Source: Nanopusillaceae archaeon
GTDB lineage: Archaea > Nanobdellota > Nanobdellia > Nanobdellales > Nanobdellaceae
Assembly: GCA_049973735.1 (NCBI GenBank)
Contig: JBMFJL010000017.1
Coordinates: 1 to 9,645 of the forward strand
Direction: 5' to 3'
Length of the DNA: 9,645 bases
Part shown: positions 1-5,364 of the stretch, piece by piece
Layout of the letters: every line of letters starts with the position of its first letter
Position numbering within the stretch: the first letter of the stretch is position 1
Program-made: the position numbers and the translations under genes
The notes under the pieces: generated by a model
The model's database searches: none
Told to the model about the DNA's origin: nothing
Seen by the model: only the letters and a program-made list of their open reading frames with translations

Positions 1-377
1 CCGATTATATACACACTTTTTTCTTTAACTTTGATAATTGCCCCTGTTATTTTTTCTATCTCTCTTAATGTTTTACCCTCTTCTCCAACTATCCTACCAA
101 TCACCCTGACTACGTGATTTATCTTTTTTTCAAATAACATCTTTAAGTCTATTTCTAATAAATCCCAATCATTTTCTATTATTTTTCTAGCATCTTTTAT
201 ATCAAATCCTATCTTTAAAGATTTAATAAATTTATCGAATTTATATACATCATAGAAATTTTCTATATATATTGTGCATTTATTTTGAGAAAAATCGTAT
301 TTTATATTTTTTTCTTTTAAGAATTTTTCTATTTCTTTTTTCTCTATTTCATTTAGGTCAAATTCGTAAGTATACAT
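1..377 (-). CDS. KH-domain RNA-binding protein, Dim2/Pno1-like (N-terminal part; C-terminus lies beyond the left window edge)
   Basis: Absent from the supplied ORF track because it has no in-window stop. Hand translation of the reverse strand from the ATG (complement of 375-377) stays open to position 1: MYTYEFDLNEIEKKEIEKFLKEKNIKYDFSQNKCTIYIENFYDVYKFDKFIKSLKIGFDIKDARKIIENDWDLLEIDLKMLFEKKINHVVRVIGRIVGEEGKTLREIEKITGAIIKVKEKSVYIIG. It contains a type-I KH core 'VIGRIVGEEGKTLREIEKITGAIIKV' (GxxG loop = GEEG). A degenerate KH-like module precedes it, matching the two-KH layout of archaeal Dim2/Pno1. Confidence 0.6.
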   Translation of the reverse strand, partial: MYTYEFDLNEIEKKEIEKFLKEKNIKYDFSQNKCTIYIENFYDVYKFDKFIKSLKIGFDIKDARKIIENDWDLLEIDLKMLFEKKINHVVRVIGRIVGEEGKTLREIEKITGAIIKVKEKSVYII

Positions 378-398
378 AAAAATAAATATCTTGCAAAA

Positions 399-407
399 TA
401 TTTTTAA
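399..407 (-). promoter_or_regulatory. TATA-like box for the KH/Dim2-like gene
   Basis: The minus strand reads TTAAAAATA, centred about 26 nt upstream of the ATG at 377. There is no Shine-Dalgarno-like purine tract in between, which fits a leaderless transcript. Confidence 0.35.
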
Positions 408-457
408 CCTATATCGAAAAATCTAATATGGTTTATAATCTAATTTTTTCTAACATA

Positions 458-1318
458 TTAAATTGTTATATCATTTAATACTTCAATGTTCAATTTTCTA
501 TCTATTTTATAGAATGCTTTCGATTTTAAACCTTCTTCTAAAGTGATTCTACTAGTTTTATAGAATATTCCAACAGGTATTTTTGCATTTTCATTTAATT
601 CATAATTATATTCCAATGCTCTTTTCAATGCTTCTTCAAAATTATTTGGATTATGTCCTATATCCTCTAATTTGTACATTCTAGCTTCATAATATTTTCT
701 AGTATCATGTTGTACAATACAAGGTTGAATTATATCTACGAATGCAAATCCTTTATGCATAATTGCTTCCTTTATAATATATTTCAAATGGTCAATCCAT
801 AATGCATAGCCTCTTGCAACAAAGGTAGCTCCAGAAACTAATGCCAATGCTATAGGGTTTAATGGTTTTTGAAATACATTTAAACCTAGAGATTTTGAAT
901 AATAACCTGATTCTGTAGTGAATGTATGTTGACCTGTTGTAAGTGCAAATATCTGATTATTGTGAACAAATAATTTTATATCTGGATTTTCTTTACAAGC
1001 TGAAATGAAATGTTCAATACCTTCATTATATGTATCTCCATCACCTTGAAATGTTAGTACGATCAATTCTGGATTTGCAATTTTTATGCCTACTGCAGAA
1101 GCCAATGATCTTCCATGTAATCCGCTAAAGGAACTTAGATTTATGTAATTATGTATTTTACCAGCACATCCTATTCCAGAAGTAAATACAACCTTTCTTC
1201 TATCAATCTTTCCTTCTTTTTCCAATTCCTTAATAGCATTTATAAATGATGTATATATACCAAAGTTGGTACAACCAGGACACCAGGTAATTTGGTAACC
1301 TGTTCTAAGATCTTCCAT
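458..1318 (-). CDS. 2-oxoacid:ferredoxin oxidoreductase, beta (thiamine-diphosphate/[4Fe-4S]) subunit
   Basis: 286-aa ORF. 'TWCPGC' (C13, C16) plus C51 ('GIGCAGK') and C200 ('IIQPCIV') give the four-Cys pattern of the single [4Fe-4S] cluster in OFOR/KOR/POR beta subunits. The ThDP-binding motif GDG...NN is present ('FQGDGDTYNEG...FVHNNQIFALTTGQ'). The length is normal for a beta subunit. Confidence 0.85.
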   Translation of the reverse strand: MEDLRTGYQITWCPGCTNFGIYTSFINAIKELEKEGKIDRRKVVFTSGIGCAGKIHNYINLSSFSGLHGRSLASAVGIKIANPELIVLTFQGDGDTYNEGIEHFISACKENPDIKLFVHNNQIFALTTGQHTFTTESGYYSKSLGLNVFQKPLNPIALALVSGATFVARGYALWIDHLKYIIKEAIMHKGFAFVDIIQPCIVQHDTRKYYEARMYKLEDIGHNPNNFEEALKRALEYNYELNENAKIPVGIFYKTSRITLEEGLKSKAFYKIDRKLNIEVLNDITI

Positions 1319-1342
1319 AAAAATAGGTATAGTATTTGAAAA

Positions 1343-1368
1343 TAGATAAACATAATTATGTTATAAAA
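1343..1368 (-). promoter_or_regulatory. Candidate promoter region for the OFOR beta gene (two alternative TATA-like boxes)
   Basis: Minus-strand TTTATCTA (complement of 1343-1350) is centred about 28 nt upstream of the ATG at 1318 and would give a leaderless mRNA. Minus-strand TTTTATAA (complement of 1361-1368) is centred about 46 nt upstream and would give a roughly 20-nt leader. I cannot choose between them from sequence. Confidence 0.25.
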
Positions 1369-1370
1369 AA
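1365..1370 (-). terminator. Oligo-T tract (T6 on minus strand) after the surface-protein gene
   Basis: A6 on the plus strand equals T6 on the coding strand, beginning 9 nt past the stop at 1379-1381. Archaeal RNAP terminates at oligo-T runs. Confidence 0.35.
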
Positions 1371-1378
1371 GTGGTAAA

Positions 1379-2839
1379 TTACTTTGTTACTTTTATAACA
1401 AGGCTGTTGGAATATTTTGTGGATTCCTTGAATAGGTATCTGTATGATATGCTTGCTCTTGGTATCTCTATACTTTTTACTTCTTCTTCTGTCTTTAATT
1501 CAATTCTATAAGATATTATATATTCTTCATTTCTTTTGATATTATCAACTTTCCAGTTTATTACATATCCGTTTGGAGATCTATATACAGATGATGGTTC
1601 TATAGTTTTGTATTCCTTTATCTTTAATGGAGAATTTACCCTATCACTTATTTTTACATCATTTAATGGGAATAAACTTTTATTTTTAATAGTTATAACT
1701 ACATCTATATAACCATTCTTTAAATCTACTTTACTAACTTCTTTTATTATTTCGACATTATCCTTTAGCATATATAATAATGTTAGCATTATTAAAATTG
1801 CTAATCCTACAATTGTAATCAATAGAAGGGTATCAAAACTTTCTGATATGATGAAAGATTGTCCTGGCAAAAGTATTATGTAGTATACTCCATATTTGGT
1901 TCCATTTATTTCTGTAAAGTAATTTGGTTGTGGATTGAATATAGAGAATATCCAATATTTTTCTGGTAAGTAGTATGTATAATTTATTACATAATTGTAT
2001 GGATTAGTTATATTTACTATGATGTCCATTCCTTTAGTAAATACTGTTATTATTGGTGTTGTATTAAGTACTAATACTTCGAAAACAAAAGTCTTCGATA
2101 TGTTTCCAAGTTTAATATCTAAACTATAAGTTCCTGGATTTATGTAGTCTGGGACATATAAGGGAACTAAATATAAGTTAAGTCCTGGATATATAGTTTC
2201 ATTTATTTCTTGATAATAACTATAGTTAGTACTAATATACAATGTTTGATATAAATTAAAGTCATTTGGGTTGTTTACATTTATATAAATGTAAAGATAA
2301 TTTCCTGGATATACATTATAAGAAGATAATTCGAAGAATCCTGTTATTGGATATATAACTATTGTCCTGTTTGTTTCATTTTTTGTAACATTTGTTTGAT
2401 TAGTCTCCACGGATATTACTTGAGTAGGAGCATTGTATAATAATGTTGGGGTAAAGGTTATTGTATAAGAATAATATACATTAGTTTCGTTCATATCTTT
2501 TAAGTAAACAACCAATAAGGGTATTTGATTAGATATTCCATAAGGTCTTAGATATACTGTTATGTTATATAACTGGTTTGGATTTAAATATCCGGATATT
2601 TGTGTATTTTTTTCTCCAAATATGAATTGCCACTGTGATGACAATGGGTATAAGAAATAAGAAAAGGTATGGTTGGTTGGATTGTATAAATTAATTAAAT
2701 ATGTTGCATAGCTATTTGTATCTGTCAAATTGACAACATTATTTATTGTTATTGGATATCCCACTATAGGCTGCTCTGAATATATTGGAGAAACCAATAA
2801 AACTAGGGCTAGAATATGTATCAGTTTTCTATTATCCAT
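1379..2839 (-). CDS. Sequon-rich secreted, membrane-anchored surface protein with NEW3/CARDB-like beta-sandwich modules (function unknown)
   Basis: 486-aa ORF. It has an N-terminal signal-peptide-like segment MDNRKLIHILALVLLVSPIYSE. The Y/N/T-rich ectodomain carries 15 N-x-S/T sequons by hand count. The strand pattern 'VPLYVPDYINPGTYSLDIKLGNISKTFVFEVLV' is typical of NEW3/CARDB folds. There is a single TM helix LLLITIVGLAILIMLTLLYML (res 338-358), followed by a 128-aa DUF11/CARDB-like C-terminal domain. Confidence 0.75.
   Translation of the reverse strand: MDNRKLIHILALVLLVSPIYSEQPIVGYPITINNVVNLTDTNSYATYLINLYNPTNHTFSYFLYPLSSQWQFIFGEKNTQISGYLNPNQLYNITVYLRPYGISNQIPLLVVYLKDMNETNVYYSYTITFTPTLLYNAPTQVISVETNQTNVTKNETNRTIVIYPITGFFELSSYNVYPGNYLYIYINVNNPNDFNLYQTLYISTNYSYYQEINETIYPGLNLYLVPLYVPDYINPGTYSLDIKLGNISKTFVFEVLVLNTTPIITVFTKGMDIIVNITNPYNYVINYTYYLPEKYWIFSIFNPQPNYFTEINGTKYGVYYIILLPGQSFIISESFDTLLLITIVGLAILIMLTLLYMLKDNVEIIKEVSKVDLKNGYIDVVITIKNKSLFPLNDVKISDRVNSPLKIKEYKTIEPSSVYRSPNGYVINWKVDNIKRNEEYIISYRIELKTEEEVKSIEIPRASISYRYLFKESTKYSNSLVIKVTK
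1382..1765 (-). other. Post-TM C-terminal DUF11/CARDB-like beta-sandwich domain of the surface protein (res 359-486)
   Basis: The pattern 'YIDVVITIKNKSLFPLNDVKISDRV..PLKI....EPS.......GYVINWKVDNIKRNEEYIISYRIEL......IEIPRASISY........SNSLVIKV' matches the consensus of DUF11/CARDB repeats: strand-N-x-(G/S)...NV-x-(V/I)-x-D...W...(L/I)..(G/E)E...Y...(A/S). The assignment is by eye only. Confidence 0.45.
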
Positions 2840-2855
2840 TAAACTATAATTAAAT

Positions 2856-2861
2856 AAAAAA
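2856..2861 (-). terminator. Oligo-T tract (T6 on minus strand) after uppP
   Basis: A6 on the plus strand lies 23-28 nt past the uppP stop (2884-2886). It directly abuts the TATA box of the next gene. Confidence 0.3.
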
Positions 2862-2868
2862 TATATAA
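2861..2868 (-). promoter_or_regulatory. TATA box for the surface-protein gene
   Basis: The minus strand reads TTATATAT, centred 25.5 nt upstream of the ATG at 2839, which is leaderless geometry. Confidence 0.45.
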
Positions 2869-2883
2869 GTAATTATGTATTTC

Positions 2884-3699
2884 CTACTTAGAGGGTACGC
2901 TATAGAAAATCAAGATTAGCGAGAATATTATGGCAATTATACCCAATACGAAATTGATAATATATGCCTTCTCCTTTCTCGCAAACTTCAGTAGAATATC
3001 TATAGTAAAAAATCCAACTATTGCAGAAGTAATTAGTGCTAAAAGTATCCCTTCATATGATATATAGGATATTATATAGCTCAAACTTTCTTCAGATGTA
3101 ACTATTGATAGTAAGAATGCTCCAATTGCGGCAGGAATATATAATAGATAAGAATATCGAAAAGCATATTCTGGTCTATAACCTAGTAGAAGCATAGTAG
3201 ATACTGTAATTCCTGATCTACTAATTCCAGGCAAAGCAGAAATTCCTTGAGCCAGCCCAATTACAATAGAATCTTTTATATTCATTTCTTTATCTTTTGT
3301 TTTGCCTTTTCTTTTAGAATACATTATATAAAAGCCATTTAATATTAATATGATTCCAAGAATAAACATTGGTAATCCCGGATTATAAGTAGTTTCTAGA
3401 AAATGTTTTGAAAGATAATAAAGTGCTACACCTACTATGCCAGTAAACATGGTAGATATCAATATAAATTTTAAAGTTTCTTTTTCTTTTCCTTTCAATA
3501 ATTTAATTATATCATCTCGAAAATAAATTAATGCAGATAATATAGTTCCAATCTCCATGAATAATCCAAAAACATATGCTGCAGATAAACTCAAATTAAA
3601 AAGCACAACAGAAGCTAACAATATTTGGGTTTTACTACTTATAGGCAACCATTCAGTCACACCTTGGATCAAACCGAGAATAATAGGATAAATTTCCAT
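2884..3699 (-). CDS. uppP: Undecaprenyl/dolichyl-diphosphate phosphatase (UppP/BacA family)
   Basis: 271-aa polytopic membrane ORF. Both family motifs are present: 'GVTEWLPISSKTQ' (compare E. coli 'GLTEFLPVSSTGH') and 'LPGISRSGITVSTMLLLGY' (compare 'WPGFSRSGATISGGMLMGV'). Length and hydrophobicity match BacA. Confidence 0.9.
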   Translation of the reverse strand: MEIYPIILGLIQGVTEWLPISSKTQILLASVVLFNLSLSAAYVFGLFMEIGTILSALIYFRDDIIKLLKGKEKETLKFILISTMFTGIVGVALYYLSKHFLETTYNPGLPMFILGIILILNGFYIMYSKRKGKTKDKEMNIKDSIVIGLAQGISALPGISRSGITVSTMLLLGYRPEYAFRYSYLLYIPAAIGAFLLSIVTSEESLSYIISYISYEGILLALITSAIVGFFTIDILLKFARKEKAYIINFVLGIIAIIFSLILIFYSVPSK

Positions 3700-3720
3700 G
3701 AATCTTAGTTATAATAAAAT

Positions 3721-3728
3721 TTTATAAA
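3721..3728. promoter_or_regulatory. Palindromic TATA box TTTATAAA, candidate shared element for divergent uppP and the 6-TM protein gene
   Basis: TTTATAAA is its own reverse complement. Its centre (3724.5) lies 25.5 nt from the uppP ATG (3699, minus) and 29.5 nt from the ATG at 3754 (plus). It is the only strong TATA-like element in the 54-bp spacer. Confidence 0.45.
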
Positions 3729-3753
3729 TTGCAAAATTATTTCTAATTTTTTT

Positions 3754-4512
3754 ATGAATAGAAATGAAATAATCTCGACAATAATATATACTGCTCTAGT
3801 AATACTTTTATATTATCTAGTTTCCAATCTCAATAAATTTTATATAAATATAATAAATGGAGTAATAAACGACAGCTTTATGATCTATTATTTTTTAATT
3901 TTTATTTCATTTTGGATATTGTTTATTGTATCTAGTAAATTATCCAAAAATGTTGAAAATAGATTTATATTCCTCATACCATTTTCCGTCTATTTAATAG
4001 TTTCCCTTTTATTATTCCAAGATAAAATAAATTATTTTTTACTTTTTGCAGTTTATTTTCTATTAAAAACATTTGGATATGAATATAAAGCAATTTCTCA
4101 ATTATTGTATCTATTAATTATTTTTGCAATAACCTATTACAATAGTTTTTATGTAGAATCCATAAAATCTAGTATAATGAATTTATCTGAAAAATTTCTA
4201 AATACTAGCATTGATTATTACACAAATCAATCTATAAACACCTTTATTGCAGGTTATGATACAGCAGAATATATACTATATCAAAGTAATAAGTACGAGT
4301 GTGCAAATATATTAGTTCAGGTAAGACAACCATTAATAGAAAATCTAACAAGTCAAGCAAACAATATAAAACTAGAATATCAAAAAAACTATACAAATTT
4401 AATTAATGACAAATTAAACGAAATCTTTGATAAGTATTATATGATCATTTCTTTAGCTATTTCATTAACAGTATGGGGGCTGTTTATAACATTTTTAAAT
4501 ATTGAAAAATAG
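3754..4512 (+). CDS. Polytopic membrane protein, about 6 TM helices, with a roughly 95-aa sequon-bearing extracytoplasmic loop (function unknown)
   Basis: 252-aa ORF. Hydrophobic helices lie at about res 7-24, 42-60, 71-88, 94-107, 114-129 and 228-248. Positive residues sit on alternate loops ('SKLSKNVENR', 'KTFGYEYKA'). All six N-x-S/T sequons (NDS, NLS, NTS, NQS, NLT, NYT) fall on loops predicted to be outside. I recognise no family motif. Confidence 0.65.
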   Translation: MNRNEIISTIIYTALVILLYYLVSNLNKFYINIINGVINDSFMIYYFLIFISFWILFIVSSKLSKNVENRFIFLIPFSVYLIVSLLLFQDKINYFLLFAVYFLLKTFGYEYKAISQLLYLLIIFAITYYNSFYVESIKSSIMNLSEKFLNTSIDYYTNQSINTFIAGYDTAEYILYQSNKYECANILVQVRQPLIENLTSQANNIKLEYQKNYTNLINDKLNEIFDKYYMIISLAISLTVWGLFITFLNIEK

Positions 4513-4516
4513 ATAA

Positions 4517-4522
4517 TTTTTT
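4517..4522 (+). terminator. Oligo-T tract (T6) after the 6-TM protein gene
   Basis: The T6 run starts 5 nt after the TAG stop (4510-4512). It overlaps the upstream edge of the tfs TATA box. Confidence 0.35.
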
Positions 4523-4527
4523 AAATA
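4520..4527 (+). promoter_or_regulatory. TATA box for tfs
   Basis: TTTAAATA is centred 27.5 nt upstream of the ATG at 4551. There is no SD-like tract, so the transcript is probably leaderless. Confidence 0.45.
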
Positions 4528-4550
4528 TTTCTTCAAATATTCTATAAACT

Positions 4551-4865
4551 ATGAAATTTTGTCCAAAATGTGGGACATTAATGAAAAAAGAAAATAGCTA
4601 TTTTGTATGTCCAAAATGTGGATATAAAGAAAAAGTTAAAAGCAATGAAAATACTATTTTCTCTGAAAAAATAAATAAGTCAAATGAAGTTATTGTATTG
4701 GAACAAGATTACAAATTATTGCCAATTGATAATGAAATAGTTTGTCCAAAGTGTGGAAATAAGGGTGCATATTTCTGGTCGATGCAAACTAGAGCTGGCG
4801 ACGAGGGAGAAACTAAGTTTTACAAATGTGTAAGTTGCGGATATACCTGGAGAAGTTATGATTAA
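4551..4865 (+). CDS. tfs: Transcription factor S (TFS; RNA polymerase subunit M/TFIIS-type transcript-cleavage factor)
   Basis: 104 aa. The N-terminal C4 zinc ribbon is 'CPKC...CPKC'. The C-terminal TFIIS-type ribbon is 'CPKCGNKGAYFWSMQTRAGDEGETKFYKCVSCGYTW', with the acidic DE hairpin retained (canonical QTRSADEP). Confidence 0.9.
   Translation: MKFCPKCGTLMKKENSYFVCPKCGYKEKVKSNENTIFSEKINKSNEVIVLEQDYKLLPIDNEIVCPKCGNKGAYFWSMQTRAGDEGETKFYKCVSCGYTWRSYD
4849..4852 (+). promoter_or_regulatory. Shine-Dalgarno-like GGAG for the operon-internal signal peptidase gene
   Basis: GGAG lies 5 nt upstream of the ATG at 4858, inside the 3' end of tfs. Archaeal operon-internal genes often use an SD even when first genes are leaderless. 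Confidence 0.3.
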
Positions 4866-5364
4866 AAAAATAAAGGAATTTTTCATTTATATATTTTTTG
4901 GGGAGGATAAAAAAAGCGATCTTTTATTTTTCTTATTTATAATATTTGTATATGGGATAATATATTTGATTTATCCTCCATTGTTTTCTGTTATTGTAAC
5001 TCCAAGTATGGAGCATAAATATTTTTATCCTGAAAAATATTTGAAGTATAATATAACTTTACAAAATTTTTCTACTTTCCCTTATCCAAATGGTTTATAT
5101 GTAGGAGATGTCATGATAATATTACCAATAGATCCAAAATATATTAATGTGGGAGATGTTGTCTTATATAAAGGGATGTATAAATACAAAGAGGATATAT
5201 TTCATAGAGTGGTTGGCATCAATAATAACAGTTTTATAATAATTGGTGATAATAATCCAGGACCTATAGTGGAGGAATATGAAAATAATATGCCACCAGA
5301 AAGAATTCTAGGAGTTGGTATCCTTAGAATCCCCTTTATAGGTATTATTAAGACTCTCATTTAA
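4858..5364 (+). CDS. Signal peptidase I, archaeal/Sec11 type (S26B)
   Basis: 168 aa. It has an N-terminal TM anchor (LLFFLFIIFVYGIIYLIY). The Ser box is 'VTPSME' (canonical SGSMEP), the His box is 'IFHRVVGI', the 'GDNN' box is 'IIIGDNNPGP', and the conserved C-terminal strand is 'ILGVGILRIPFIGII'. The ATG overlaps the tfs stop (ATGATTAA, 8 nt). Confidence 0.8.
   Translation: MIKKIKEFFIYIFFGEDKKSDLLFFLFIIFVYGIIYLIYPPLFSVIVTPSMEHKYFYPEKYLKYNITLQNFSTFPYPNGLYVGDVMIILPIDPKYINVGDVVLYKGMYKYKEDIFHRVVGINNNSFIIIGDNNPGPIVEEYENNMPPERILGVGILRIPFIGIIKTLI

Noticed and set aside
420-444. Direct 8-mer repeat AATCTAAT (420-427 and 437-444) in the spacer downstream of the OFOR beta gene
   Set aside because: It is short and A/T-only, so it is expected by chance at this base composition. 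There is no third copy and no associated inverted repeat.
2635-2641. GTGATGA (C-box-like) string that could mark a C/D box sRNA
   Set aside because: No CTGA D or D' box follows within about 60 nt. It lies inside the surface-protein coding sequence on the antisense strand, and no terminal stem is visible.
4551-4865. Possibility that the TFS homologue is a TFS4-like RNA polymerase inhibitor paralogue
   Set aside because: Inhibitory paralogues lack the acidic hairpin residues. Here the 'DE' of 'QTRAGDEGET' and both C4 ribbons are intact, so a canonical cleavage-stimulating TFS is the simpler call.
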